From a bacterium (lineage in GTDB: Bacteria > Patescibacteriota > Minisyncoccia > Phycocordibacterales > UBA6899), in contig JAYUQG010000025.1 in assembly GCA_043756865.1 (NCBI GenBank), forward strand, positions 921 through 64,920: a stretch of 64,000 nucleotides of DNA, given 5' to 3'. A program made the position numbers and the translations under genes. The notes under the pieces were generated by a model, which worked only from the letters and a program-made list of their open reading frames with translations, was not told where the DNA came from and did no database searches. The stretch's first letter is position 1. Every line of letters begins with the position of its first letter. Below are positions 1 to 9,598 of this stretch, piece after piece.

Positions 1-86
1 CGCAATCAAATAATCCGCTCAACAGAGCGGTTTTTACTGCCCGTTTGTACACATTTGCATTTTACTCTCGTCACAGTAGTTTATTT

Positions 87-115
87 TTGACAGTTTTTGG
101 ATAACATTGTATTTT
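87..115 (+). promoter_or_regulatory. Candidate sigma70-type promoter for the 158..757 gene
   Basis: TTGACA (87-92), 17-nt spacer, TATTTT (110-115). AAAGAGG RBS 7 nt before ATG 158. Confidence 0.3.
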
Positions 116-157
116 TTATAAAGAGTTCTCATTCTATACATAAGAAAGAGGTCGCAA

Positions 158-757
158 ATGCGTTTATATAAGTTACTCGCGGATGCCATCGCAGGTATGG
201 TGCGGTATTTTAAGGGTTTACCCTCGGCCAACGACCAACCTGATGAAGTTCACAAAGCAGAAACTACTGGGGATGTGAGGAAAATTACCCCTGTGACCTT
301 GGGTGATCTCGTTTTTGGAGATATATACATCCACATAGTGGTGCAAACAGACCTTACGCTGCGCGAAGAAGAGTTCACGCCGACCGGCAGAGTTCGCAAA
401 AAGCGCGACAAGTACACACCTGACCTCCTCGTCATCGACACTTTTGACCCCACCACGGGCAAACACGGGGTACGTTTTGTCGATGAGTTAGGGTTACTGC
501 CCCTAACGCGCACCAATCTGCATCGAGTCTTCCGCGCTTCAGATGAAGCACGCGGCACACTGGAGGGCATAGTGCGCCACCAAGAAATACATGAGTACAT
601 CAACCTCATTGTCGCAACACTCACTGATACCGAAGAAACAAGATTGTCTGTTGACGGACTTTTTGAATCCCTGTGTGAGAAAGATGAAACAGCAGGAGAA
701 GCCTACGACCGTCATTTTGACGACCTCGAGGATGACGAGGGCAAAACGAAGCCATAA
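158..757 (+). CDS. Hypothetical protein with acidic C-terminus
   Basis: 199-aa ORF with an RBS and a downstream hairpin terminator. No recognisable motif. Confidence 0.5.
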   Translation: MRLYKLLADAIAGMVRYFKGLPSANDQPDEVHKAETTGDVRKITPVTLGDLVFGDIYIHIVVQTDLTLREEEFTPTGRVRKKRDKYTPDLLVIDTFDPTTGKHGVRFVDELGLLPLTRTNLHRVFRASDEARGTLEGIVRHQEIHEYINLIVATLTDTEETRLSVDGLFESLCEKDETAGEAYDRHFDDLEDDEGKTKP

Positions 758-762
758 CACAA

Positions 763-788
763 AAAGACCGAAGGGGTCTTTTTTATAT
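763..788. terminator. Bidirectional rho-independent terminator between convergent genes
   Basis: aagacc-gaagg-ggtctt hairpin followed by a T-run on plus and an A-run read as a T-run on minus. Confidence 0.6.
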
Positions 789-798
789 ATGTTTCAGT

Positions 799-1302
799 TT
801 ACTTTTTTACTTTAGAATTCCTGCGCTTGTACCCCCAGTAACCGTACAGCGAGAGCAGTATAAGCACATTTGGAATGAAAATGGCGGGGTGTGACCAGCT
901 CGTGCCCGGAAATCGATAATCGAATAGTGGCCATAGAAATGGAGTCGGAAAAAAAGACAAGCTGTGTGTAAAAATATCGAGCAGTATATGAAAGAGCCAT
1001 CCAAGCATTTCCCACATCGGTTTGCCGCGCAGCAGCCACACGAGCGCAAAGGCAAAGAGAAACACAACAAGACTGTGCGTCACGTTATATGCGGAATGCA
1101 CATACTGAGGAATAAGCGCGGGGTCGACAGGTCCTACGCCCCAGTCAGGACCCGAGGCATACCCGAGCCACACTACGGCAGAAAAGATGCCGAACGAAAA
1201 GAGGTCGGGGGCAATTCCAAAGAAAAAAGCTGTCCAATAGCTTTTTTTACTCTTGCGTCCCACCAATACACCGCCATAGAGTCCGTGAGAAATGATATCC
1301 AT
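799..1302 (-). CDS. Membrane-bound metal-dependent hydrolase-like protein (DUF457/YdjM-like)
   Basis: 167-aa polytopic membrane ORF. The MDIISHGLYGG N-terminus and His-rich TM segments resemble the YdjM/DUF457 family. Confidence 0.5.
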   Translation of the reverse strand: MDIISHGLYGGVLVGRKSKKSYWTAFFFGIAPDLFSFGIFSAVVWLGYASGPDWGVGPVDPALIPQYVHSAYNVTHSLVVFLFAFALVWLLRGKPMWEMLGWLFHILLDIFTHSLSFFPTPFLWPLFDYRFPGTSWSHPAIFIPNVLILLSLYGYWGYKRRNSKVKK

Positions 1303-1641
1303 ATACTCATTCTAAGGCGGAACGAGTCGGAAATGAAGATGTGCGTTGTTTTCAGGCGATATTGACTTATTTCCTAACTTGGTTATAGTAAATACATCAT
1401 GGTTACCGCACCACGAATAAGAAAGAGCTGGGCAATTATGGCTTTTTTTATGCTTCTCCAAACAAGAAGTGCGGTTGCCGTTGTATAAATTCCATTCGTT
1501 ATCAACAACAAAGGCCACCGCACAAGCGGTGGTTCTTTGTTTCTGATAGCTTCTTGGAGCATCTCGGGATACATATGCCGATATGCTCCAGGAAAGCCCT
1601 GGCCAGTTCTTTGATTTTTCAACACAAAAAAGGAGTTTGCT

Positions 1642-3045
1642 ATGACAGCAACAGCGGCAATGCCACAAAAGCCAAAACATATCCTTGACCAACACATCGC
1701 CCAAACGGCGGAAGTTGCGCTTGGTGCAGTGACCATGCGCGAGCACATCCAGTCTGTGAGCGGTCCATTCGGTGCCATTCTGAGCTACCAAGTCCGCTAC
1801 CCGAAAAAGGTGCTACGTGCACTGGAAATACTCTACGCAGAATACAATCGGGCATTCACCCCGCTCGTCGAAGCAAACAGAGAATGGGAGAGCGATTATC
1901 GCTTCTGTGTTTCGCCTAGCGGTGCCCCACTCAATCGATGGACGCAAATCGACATGGTCGGATTGCCACAGCAGTTTCTTGACGAAATTGACCGTTTTAG
2001 CGATGACGAGATTCTTGAAATACTGCGCGAGCGGACATTTGAAATCGAGAATTCACTTGCAATGTACCAGTTGCTTGAGCGCATCTTCAGCAATGCGGAA
2101 GGATTCTCGCAATTCGACTACTGCTTCCGCAGCTCTCTACGCGACGTACGCAAACAGCTGGGACGTCCCGTTGCACTGCTTGCAGTGACGCAGGAGAAGT
2201 ATCTCGACATGCGGGAAAAAGAGTTCGGCAAGCGCGATGGTGAAACACTCACCGACCTCGAAGTGCACGAACTTTCGGGTTTTGATAGGTTTTTTGGTCC
2301 CGAAGAATTCGCTGCGTACATTCACTCAAACGGGGGCATCTGCGCGTACGCACTGTATGTCCGTTCCTCTCATCCTATCGACAAACTCCGAAAGCCGGAA
2401 AACGAGATTGCGCATCCACTACTTGCCGATGCAGATATGCGTCGCATCATCAAGGCAAACTCGCTCACCTTGAATATCGATGCGCCGGAAATGGAGCCCG
2501 AGCGCAGGATTAACGACACGAAAGAATACATGCCAAGAATGGGCATGGGTTACCGCGTGAACGGCCAGTCAGACATTCTCACGCCAGAGTTCGAGGAACA
2601 TCTTGCCAGAGGAAAGACGTACGCTTCCTACGAAGGACAACGCCTCGCACACACATTCGCTGCGTATCTCGAAACACAGGGTATCGATCCGCAACAGGCG
2701 AGCGAAGGGGCGCTGACACTCCGCACAAAGCCGATGAAGGAAACTTACGGCTGCTACGGACACCTCACCGGAGAGTTGAGCGACAAGCGGTTCAGAAATC
2801 AGCTACGCACAAATATCCGCAAGCGTGGGTCCTACGTACTGCAACCTGAAATGTGGATTCCGAAAATCAGAAATACCACTACGGACGAAGAGTACTACTT
2901 CATTGACCGTAACTTCTTCTACACTGACGGCGAGCGTTTCTGTTTTATGGGCGGACTGCGATCGCTCATGCCTGCAGATTCGACCGAAGCGCAAAAGGGT
3001 CGCAATCACGGCAACAACTCCACTGTTTGTGTTGAAATCATTTAA
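1642..3045 (+). CDS. Hypothetical protein, possibly ATP-grasp-like carboxylate-amine ligase
   Basis: 467-aa ORF with an AAGGAG RBS 7 nt upstream. The C-terminal YVLQPEMWI ... DRNFFYTDGERFCFMGGLRS resembles ATP-grasp motifs. This is a weak recognition. Confidence 0.55.
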   Translation: MTATAAMPQKPKHILDQHIAQTAEVALGAVTMREHIQSVSGPFGAILSYQVRYPKKVLRALEILYAEYNRAFTPLVEANREWESDYRFCVSPSGAPLNRWTQIDMVGLPQQFLDEIDRFSDDEILEILRERTFEIENSLAMYQLLERIFSNAEGFSQFDYCFRSSLRDVRKQLGRPVALLAVTQEKYLDMREKEFGKRDGETLTDLEVHELSGFDRFFGPEEFAAYIHSNGGICAYALYVRSSHPIDKLRKPENEIAHPLLADADMRRIIKANSLTLNIDAPEMEPERRINDTKEYMPRMGMGYRVNGQSDILTPEFEEHLARGKTYASYEGQRLAHTFAAYLETQGIDPQQASEGALTLRTKPMKETYGCYGHLTGELSDKRFRNQLRTNIRKRGSYVLQPEMWIPKIRNTTTDEEYYFIDRNFFYTDGERFCFMGGLRSLMPADSTEAQKGRNHGNNSTVCVEII

Positions 3046-3073
3046 CAGCACAGTGCACCTGTGTTAAGTTTAA

Positions 3074-3101
3074 CCGTGTACAGTTGTACACGGTTTTTTT
3101 A
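3074..3101 (+). terminator. Rho-independent terminator after the 1642..3045 gene
   Basis: ccgtgtaca-gt-tgtacacgg hairpin followed by TTTTTTT. Confidence 0.6.
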
Positions 3102-3111
3102 TCTTACTATC

Positions 3112-4185
3112 ATGCAAGACGACATCCTTTCGCTCACAAAAAAATTTGTTGCAATACAATCAAACCCTGACAACACTGTCGCGCTCCAAAAAATACTCGC
3201 ACTTGCTTTGTCGCACCTCAAGGGTTATACAGTAGAGCATTTTACGCACAAGGGTGTGCACAGCGCACTTATCTACAACACACCAAAACGTCCAAAGAAA
3301 TTTACCGTGCTACTGAACGGCCACCTCGACGTCATACCTGGTAAAAAAGAGCAGTATGCCCCGCGCATACAAGGCAAACGACTTTATGGAGTGGGCGCAA
3401 TGGACATGAAAGCCAACGTCTCATGTCTTATTTATGCATTCAAAGCAGTCGCAAATAAAGTAGATTATCCGCTTGCACTCCAGCTGGTGACCGACGAAGA
3501 GGTGGGGGGATTTTACGGAACAAAATACCAGATTGAAAAAGGAGTGCGCGCGGACTTTGTGATTGCAGGAGAGCCAACAAACTTCGACATCGTCAACCGC
3601 GCAAAAGGAGTACTATGGTTGCGCATCACCGCAAAAGGCAAAACCGCACACGGCGCATACCCATGGAGAGGTGGGAATGCGATTTGGCATATGCATGAGT
3701 TTCTTGCTGCCCTTAAATTACAGTATCCGACCCCGAAAAAACAGGAGTGGGTGACCACGGTGAATCTCAGCTCGATCAATAGCGCCAACACTACATTTAA
3801 TAAAATCCCTGATGACTGTGTCGCTCTGCTGGATATCCGCTACATACCTGAAGATGCAAAAAGCATCTTACGAAACATACGCACCTTGCTGCCGAAGCAA
3901 CTTAAGCTCGAAGTCATCGCAAATGAACCTGCTCTTTCCACGGCTTCTACAAACAAGCACATTGCGCTTCTCGAGCGCATCGGTGGTCAGGTAATCAAGA
4001 AAAAAATTATACTACGGGGTGCACAAGGCTCATCGGACGCACGACACTATAAACGTGTAGGATGTGCGGGTATTGAATTCGGTCCGATTGGTGCTGGGAT
4101 TGGTAGTGACAATGAGTGGGTGGACATACCCAGTCTACTTAAGTATGAGAAAATCATTCGAGATTTCTTGCTTGCAGTGAAATAA
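3112..4185 (+). CDS. M20 family metallopeptidase (ArgE/DapE-like deacylase)
   Basis: GHLDVIPG ... GVGAMDMKANV ... DEEVGG ... AGEPT motifs typical of M20 amidohydrolases. Start taken at the internal ATG after the terminator. Confidence 0.8.
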   Translation: MQDDILSLTKKFVAIQSNPDNTVALQKILALALSHLKGYTVEHFTHKGVHSALIYNTPKRPKKFTVLLNGHLDVIPGKKEQYAPRIQGKRLYGVGAMDMKANVSCLIYAFKAVANKVDYPLALQLVTDEEVGGFYGTKYQIEKGVRADFVIAGEPTNFDIVNRAKGVLWLRITAKGKTAHGAYPWRGGNAIWHMHEFLAALKLQYPTPKKQEWVTTVNLSSINSANTTFNKIPDDCVALLDIRYIPEDAKSILRNIRTLLPKQLKLEVIANEPALSTASTNKHIALLERIGGQVIKKKIILRGAQGSSDARHYKRVGCAGIEFGPIGAGIGSDNEWVDIPSLLKYEKIIRDFLLAVK

Positions 4186-4219
4186 TCAACTCGCCCAACG
4201 CACCAGAAAAGAAACAAAA

Positions 4220-4248
4220 TTGACAAATACCTTATAAAATGGTATTAT
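4220..4248 (+). promoter_or_regulatory. Strong sigma70-like promoter
   Basis: TTGACA (4220-4225), exactly 17 nt, TATTAT (4243-4248), about 20 nt upstream of the ORF. Confidence 0.55.
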
Positions 4249-4276
4249 TAAATAGTACCTTTACATGGGGGCTTCT

Positions 4277-4675
4277 ATGAAACAGCTCGCTTCTATTGAC
4301 CTCGCAAGGCTCAAAAACGATGCCCACTGGATTGCCACGGTCGGTGCGAACTTCGCGGCACAGAACAAGAGTACGCTCCTCGTGGATATCGCATCCCAGC
4401 TCGGCGGTAAGGACTGCCGCATGCGCGCCCGAATGCACGGCATTGCACTCCCCACCTCGATTGCGACCCGTCGTGGTACGCTCCCCGGCTTTCCGCACAT
4501 GCGCTTTCGCTGGCAAAACATCGGTAGCGAATGCTGCGGCGGACTCGAGCTGTCTGGAGAATGCACGAAACAGCAGCTGCTCGCACTACTGCGCAGCATG
4601 TACGCACGGGGATTTTCCCCCGGCACCGACGATCTCATGATTTTCTTTCACGAGCCCAGCTCGCAGAATGCGTAG
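4277..4675 (+). CDS. Hypothetical protein
   Basis: ORF behind the promoter with a GGGGG RBS. Alternative start at 4265. Followed by a terminator. Confidence 0.45.
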   Translation: MKQLASIDLARLKNDAHWIATVGANFAAQNKSTLLVDIASQLGGKDCRMRARMHGIALPTSIATRRGTLPGFPHMRFRWQNIGSECCGGLELSGECTKQQLLALLRSMYARGFSPGTDDLMIFFHEPSSQNA

Positions 4676-4684
4676 CTCACCACA

Positions 4685-4712
4685 CCCGCCTCTGGCGGGT
4701 GCTCTTTTTAAA
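4685..4712 (+). terminator. Rho-independent terminator
   Basis: cacccgcc-tct-ggcgggtg hairpin followed by CTCTTTTT. Confidence 0.6.
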
Positions 4713-4726
4713 GCGGAAGATTTTTA

Positions 4727-5314
4727 TTAACGCAGCGCCACGCCGAGTATGTCGGCAATCTCATCCCATCGGGATACGCGCACGTACGGTTTCGGTTCGA
4801 GGAATAGTCCGCGCGGATCATACAGGACACGATGAGGAACCGACTCCATAATTTGGAGAATGTTTGGCTCGTCATCAAAAAAATGCGTCACTCCCAATGC
4901 TTTTGCATGGTGGTGCTTCCCTTCTGCATTTCCCGCAAAGAATGTGTTCTCGGGTGTAAAACATGTTCCCCACAACCCACGCTCTTCAAGAAGGTGCGTT
5001 GCATGCATTGGATTTTTTTGGAGTGACACTAAGAAATACGGTATCCCCGCCTCACGCACAGCGGCTAATGTATTAAATGCCCCCTCCATGAGCGGCGCCT
5101 CAAGGGCCTCAGGGCTTGATTCATAGAGTTGGCCCTTAATTTCACGATAGAGTTCGGGAGGAAAGTAGGAGCCCATTACTTCGGAGTGCGTCTGTTCGGA
5201 AGTGAGCACAACTCCATACCGCGCGGCAAAGCGTATCTTATTTTGTGTATGGTCAATAATAACCCCATCAAGGTCAAAACCGACAACGCATCCCAGTTCG
5301 TCACTCGCTTGCAT
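4727..5314 (-). CDS. HAD-superfamily hydrolase (nucleotidase/phosphatase-like), paralog 1
   Basis: N-terminal VVGFDLDGVIIDHT (HAD motif I DxDGV). Shares extended identity with the next gene (GLWG..FTP.NTFF, GVTHFFDDE). Confidence 0.7.
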   Translation of the reverse strand: MQASDELGCVVGFDLDGVIIDHTQNKIRFAARYGVVLTSEQTHSEVMGSYFPPELYREIKGQLYESSPEALEAPLMEGAFNTLAAVREAGIPYFLVSLQKNPMHATHLLEERGLWGTCFTPENTFFAGNAEGKHHHAKALGVTHFFDDEPNILQIMESVPHRVLYDPRGLFLEPKPYVRVSRWDEIADILGVALR

Positions 5315-5355
5315 TCCTACTCATCATAGCAAAGGGAATGCTAGCAGAAAGTGAC

Positions 5356-5952
5356 TTATGCACTCTTTGGGATAAGCACGTCCTGTATCATACCCCAGTC
5401 GTGCATTCGCGGAAATTCAGCCTCATCATCAAATAAATGAAATGAATCTACGAGAAAACGCGAGGAAATATCCGGCATGGCGCGCAACACTCTGCGTTCG
5501 TCATCAAAAAAGTGTGTTACTCCTTCGCGCACACCAACAACGTTTTTTGCCTCGGGACTTTCTACAAAAAAAGTATTTTGCGGAGTAAAAAGGTCTCCCC
5601 AAAGTCCACGCGCCGTAAGCAGTGCAATTGCATGCTCAGGGTTACGTCGACGAGATATGAGCACAAACGGAATTGCACGCTCTCGGAGCATGACAAGGGT
5701 TTCACGTGCACCCCGCAGTAGTGGTGCAGACAACGCAATCCCCGTCCCGTCATAGAGCTGGTTCTGGAGTTCGAGGTAGTCTGACCGCTCCATATGCCGA
5801 GGAAGAATTTCGGAATGTGTCTGGTTCGGTGTGAGAGCCACACCAAACGAACGTGCGAGAGCAATCTTATTATCCGTATGGTCAATAATGACGCCGTCTA
5901 AGTCGAATCCGACAACACGGGAGTTTTCTTGTACAGTCTGGGCGGGTGGCAT
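5356..5952 (-). CDS. HAD-superfamily hydrolase, paralog 2 (tandem duplicate)
   Basis: VVGFDLDGVIIDHTDNKIA. Collinear similarity to the 4727..5314 product. Confidence 0.7.
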   Translation of the reverse strand: MPPAQTVQENSRVVGFDLDGVIIDHTDNKIALARSFGVALTPNQTHSEILPRHMERSDYLELQNQLYDGTGIALSAPLLRGARETLVMLRERAIPFVLISRRRNPEHAIALLTARGLWGDLFTPQNTFFVESPEAKNVVGVREGVTHFFDDERRVLRAMPDISSRFLVDSFHLFDDEAEFPRMHDWGMIQDVLIPKSA

Positions 5953-6005
5953 AATTTACGTATAGTAACATACAGCACCGTACATTCAGTAAAAGGAGAG
6001 TCTGC

Positions 6006-6746
6006 ATGACTCCAAGTGAAACCGACTCTGAGCGCGCACGTTTTATCTTGAACGAAACGCATGCATACCTGCGTACTGACCTGCGCCACGGACACGACTT
6101 TCTCAAGCCACCCTTCATTGTTGAATTCTTTGGGAATCCTGATTCCGGCAAATCAAGCGCCATCAAAAGCGCTTACACGTATTTCCGGCGTCACGGTTTC
6201 CACATCAAGAAGCCACTCGAAGGCGCTGAGGAAATCAGTGACGACATTCCGCGTAGCTCGCCCGAATTTAACGTCGCCACGGGCGTCTACGTCGTGGACC
6301 TGCTGATGCATCTGCATCACTTGCACAAGCATGACATTGTGATTTTCGACCGTGGCATCTTTGATGCATACGGACAAATGGCACGCTGGAACAAAAAGGG
6401 GAAACTAAGCGACAGTGAGATGCAGATGTACCAGAGCTTCTTCACGTCACAATTCTTCGCGCCACGCATGACGCTTGGCATCGCAATGATTTGCGACCCT
6501 GACGTCGCCATGGGACGTGACCAGAAATCCTCGCGTACGAAGATTGTCGGCGAATCGACCAATCCTGATGCCATCAACAGCATGCGTGATGCGACGATAC
6601 AAACATATGAAGAACTGCGCGGACGCTTTCCGCTTGCACTCATCGACACGTCACACATGACACTCGAAGAAGTCGCAGACAAGGTGAACGGGCTCATGCT
6701 TGAGCAGTTTCTGGAACAAGCGCGCGCATCCAAGAAGCGCAAATAA
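6006..6746 (+). CDS. P-loop NTPase, possible (deoxy)nucleoside/nucleotide kinase-like
   Basis: Walker A FFGNPDSGKSSA. The DRGIFDAY segment is reminiscent of the deoxynucleoside kinase ERS motif. Family assignment is tentative. Confidence 0.55.
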   Translation: MTPSETDSERARFILNETHAYLRTDLRHGHDFLKPPFIVEFFGNPDSGKSSAIKSAYTYFRRHGFHIKKPLEGAEEISDDIPRSSPEFNVATGVYVVDLLMHLHHLHKHDIVIFDRGIFDAYGQMARWNKKGKLSDSEMQMYQSFFTSQFFAPRMTLGIAMICDPDVAMGRDQKSSRTKIVGESTNPDAINSMRDATIQTYEELRGRFPLALIDTSHMTLEEVADKVNGLMLEQFLEQARASKKRK

Positions 6747-6838
6747 CAACAAACGGCATACACGCGTAAAGTGAAACGGGAAATTACCTTGAGGACACTC
6801 GACACAGCAGTCGACATGCGAAATAGACTGGTAACATA

Positions 6839-6868
6839 AAACAGCGCAAATGCGCTGTTTTTCATTAC
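6839..6868. terminator. Bidirectional hairpin terminator
   Basis: acagcgca-aat-gcgctgt followed by TTTTC on plus. The reverse strand reads stem + TTTATGTT. Confidence 0.5.
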
Positions 6869-6878
6869 TTGTTCTTGA

Positions 6879-7346
6879 TTACGGGAACGCCTTTGTTCGC
6901 TCTCGGCGATCAACGGACTCGATAAGTGAGCGCAACTCTCCTTGCGTGTTTCCAAATACACCACCTCCGCAGGTACGTCTCACCGTTGAGCTTTTTCCAC
7001 CCACGAGTATGCCGGCAAAGTTACCTCTTGCACACACTCCCCAGTCAGCGTTCCCGACAATTGCCCGTGCAAGCACTGCGTCGAGTGACTCTCCGTACAG
7101 GTACACGCCTTTTCCAGAAACACCAGCAAGGCCTGCAGCCAGTCCGCGTATTCGGTCTTTCGTTTGTTTTGCTGACTCCACATAGAAGCGCTGTGACACC
7201 GCGAGACTGGCAATTTCCTCCTTGTCTAATAGTACAAGCGCTTGATTCAGCTCGTCATCGGAAGCCACAAATGTGACTGCTGTTGCACCTGCGTACATGG
7301 GCGCAAGCAACGCGAGTATAAGTAGAAAAGTTTTACCTAAAGACAC
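6879..7346 (-). CDS. Secreted hypothetical protein
   Basis: Signal peptide MSLGKTFLLILALLAPMYAGA. Gly/Ala-rich. No catalytic motif. Confidence 0.45.
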   Translation of the reverse strand: MSLGKTFLLILALLAPMYAGATAVTFVASDDELNQALVLLDKEEIASLAVSQRFYVESAKQTKDRIRGLAAGLAGVSGKGVYLYGESLDAVLARAIVGNADWGVCARGNFAGILVGGKSSTVRRTCGGGVFGNTQGELRSLIESVDRRERTKAFP

Positions 7347-7409
7347 CGTATCTCCTCTGTGGTGAATCTCTGTACCATGCTACCAATACACGGCAAAAAA
7401 ACAATACGA

Positions 7410-8138
7410 TTAAAGTCTCTTGAGCTCCCCTTCAATTTCCAGTACTTCCTGCTCTTTGAACATGATGTCCTTTCGCAAACGTGCGAGCTCCATCGTTTTA
7501 TGCTCAAGTTCGCGTTCTTTGCGTTCGCGCTCCTGTCGTAGACGCTGAATTTCAAGGCCTTTATCGTGCACATGGTGACCCTCAGTCTGGGCACCAAAGT
7601 GTTCAAGTTCGTATTGTCGACGGAAGTCCTCTTTCTTCTTCGTTGCGTCCCGTGTCTCTTCCTTGATTTCGGCAATCTTGCGCTCCTTTTCCTCGACTTC
7701 TTTTTTCAGTACTTCAATTTCGTGCTCGAGCTTCAGCGTGTCCTCGCCACGACGACGCAGCTCCTGCTCTTTCTCGCGCATTCCCCCTTCCGCCACACGG
7801 GTCTGGCCCATGTCTTTCTTTTGCAAAATCTCTAGTGAATGAAATTCCTGTTCAACACGCTTGATGTCCATTTCGGAGTGATGCAACTGATCATTGATGT
7901 GGGTTATTTCACGTTCAATTTCGGCCACCTGACGACCGCGGTCATTCACATCGAGCTTGCGGATACGCAGTCGATTCTCGAGATGGGCGCGTGTTTGTGT
8001 TTTGTGAATTTGGTCTGCACGGTCGGCTTCTGCGCGGCGTGATTGGGTTGCTTGATCACCCGCCGTGCCCGCTCCATGTGACATTCCCGAAAATTGGTCT
8101 GGTGGCATATAAAATATAATAACATAAAAGCCCCTCAT
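7410..8138 (-). CDS. Coiled-coil protein (E/K/R-rich)
   Basis: 242-aa ORF dominated by heptad-like ERKERE/LKKEVEEKERK repeats. Overlaps the upstream gene by 4 nt. Confidence 0.5.
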   Translation of the reverse strand: MRGFYVIIFYMPPDQFSGMSHGAGTAGDQATQSRRAEADRADQIHKTQTRAHLENRLRIRKLDVNDRGRQVAEIEREITHINDQLHHSEMDIKRVEQEFHSLEILQKKDMGQTRVAEGGMREKEQELRRRGEDTLKLEHEIEVLKKEVEEKERKIAEIKEETRDATKKKEDFRRQYELEHFGAQTEGHHVHDKGLEIQRLRQERERKERELEHKTMELARLRKDIMFKEQEVLEIEGELKRL

Positions 8139-8719
8139 GGGGCTTGGGGGTCTTTGTGCACAGCGATTCTCACTGAAACTGCATAGGCGACATGCTTTTC
8201 TTTTGAATCAGGAGGCTCGCCCCGCAACACCGTGCGGACTTTTTCTGGGTGTAGGTCACTCGCTTTTCCTGTATACGGATTGAATAAGGCAAACATGTGG
8301 GAATCGTCATCAATCGCCCAGATAAGTAGCTGACCCACGGGACGCTCCGCAAATGACAGCGTATCTAAATCTGAAAGTATCGCCTGTCGAATTGATACCA
8401 GCTCAGTTACGGACGGCAGCTTCCACGCATCGCTCAAATCCTCGTTCCACAAATCTTCAAGAAGATCAAAAAGTGAAGGGCGTTTTTGTATTTGACCGCT
8501 CGCATCGCGGAGCGCGTGCACCGCATCTACTGCCGAAAGTACGGTGTGCACTCCGTGAATGCGCCTGAATACTACCTCTTTTGGTGTATCTTGGTATTTG
8601 CGACGACGTCGCATGCGTCTCGGAAATGAAAATACAAAATATCCAATCTGAAATAACTTATATGGTAGTGCGGCAAAGAAATAAAAAATCGCTTTGCCAA
8701 TAGATGACGGTTGGTCCAT
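8135..8719 (-). CDS. Membrane-anchored hypothetical protein
   Basis: N-terminal TM (AIFYFFAALPYKLFQIGYFVF). ATGA overlap with the downstream coiled-coil gene. Confidence 0.45.
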   Translation of the reverse strand: MDQPSSIGKAIFYFFAALPYKLFQIGYFVFSFPRRMRRRRKYQDTPKEVVFRRIHGVHTVLSAVDAVHALRDASGQIQKRPSLFDLLEDLWNEDLSDAWKLPSVTELVSIRQAILSDLDTLSFAERPVGQLLIWAIDDDSHMFALFNPYTGKASDLHPEKVRTVLRGEPPDSKEKHVAYAVSVRIAVHKDPQAP

Positions 8720-8965
8720 CGCACGGCCTTAACGTTCGAGTCTAATGTATAGCTTCATCCTTTCTTGCGCTGGTGTCAAACTACTGACTTTCCGGAATTT
8801 CCTTAACAAGAACAAACATGATCACTTTTGTTTCCTGCGCAGTCATGGAGCGCAAAATACCTTGAGGCGTAACAGGATTACGGTGAAAAGGTATTTTGCG
8901 GGAAGGACAAGCAGGAGACAAAAGTGGCGTGTTTTTCGTTAAGGCAATTCAGGAAGGTCAGTAAA

Positions 8966-9532
8966 TTAGAATCGCATAACCTGATGGTGCAGCTGTGAAA
9001 GTGCGCGCTCTTCCACGCTTATCCCCTCGCGCATATCTTCAATCTCTCCCCGCAGACTGGCTTTTTGTGATTCAAGTTCTTTGATTTCTGCCAGTGCGCG
9101 CTCCGTCGAAAAACCGTTGTCCGCCTCTTCTTTGGGAATATCCTTTGTGAGAATGGGAATGGGCGCCACGACAAGAGGGACTTCTTCTGCTCCATCGGGA
9201 AGCACTCCTGCAATTGCTGCTTTACGATATTTCATTTTTTCTTCATACTCGAGTCGTTCACGAATGATGCGTATACTCATATCAAGCGCGTGTAGTGCGG
9301 TCTCTTTGTGTCGCATCTTGCCGTGTAGCTCACCGACAATGAGGGAGCGCTTGCGCATGTCTAATTCCATCGCGCGGTGTCGGTCATCTTCTTGTTTCGC
9401 GAGTCCGTCGTAAAAAGCACGGTCTTCCTTTCCACGTGTCTCGCTCGCAACACGCGCATCATTGGCCTGCTGCATTTCGAGTTCTTCTTGCGCCTCGTCC
9501 GCAGCGTCTTGGTCTATATAATCATCGTCCAT
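8966..9532 (-). CDS. Hypothetical acidic coiled-coil protein
   Basis: 188-aa ORF with acidic N-terminus (MDDDYIDQDAADEAQEE). Confidence 0.45.
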   Translation of the reverse strand: MDDDYIDQDAADEAQEELEMQQANDARVASETRGKEDRAFYDGLAKQEDDRHRAMELDMRKRSLIVGELHGKMRHKETALHALDMSIRIIRERLEYEEKMKYRKAAIAGVLPDGAEEVPLVVAPIPILTKDIPKEEADNGFSTERALAEIKELESQKASLRGEIEDMREGISVEERALSQLHHQVMRF

Positions 9533-9598
9533 TTCTTAAGTATAACAAAATACCGCCATGAGGCGGTATTTGTTCCCTATACACCGTTATGCTCTTGG

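Noticed and set aside
1312-1791. 159/131-aa minus ORFs spanning the 1642 gene start and its leader
   Set aside because: They overlap the RBS-supported plus gene and have no signals. The leader is better explained by the small plus-strand ORF and attenuator.
4860-5126. Small plus-strand ORFs inside the HAD paralogs
   Set aside because: They are shadows of the minus-strand HAD genes, which have clear DxDGV motifs.
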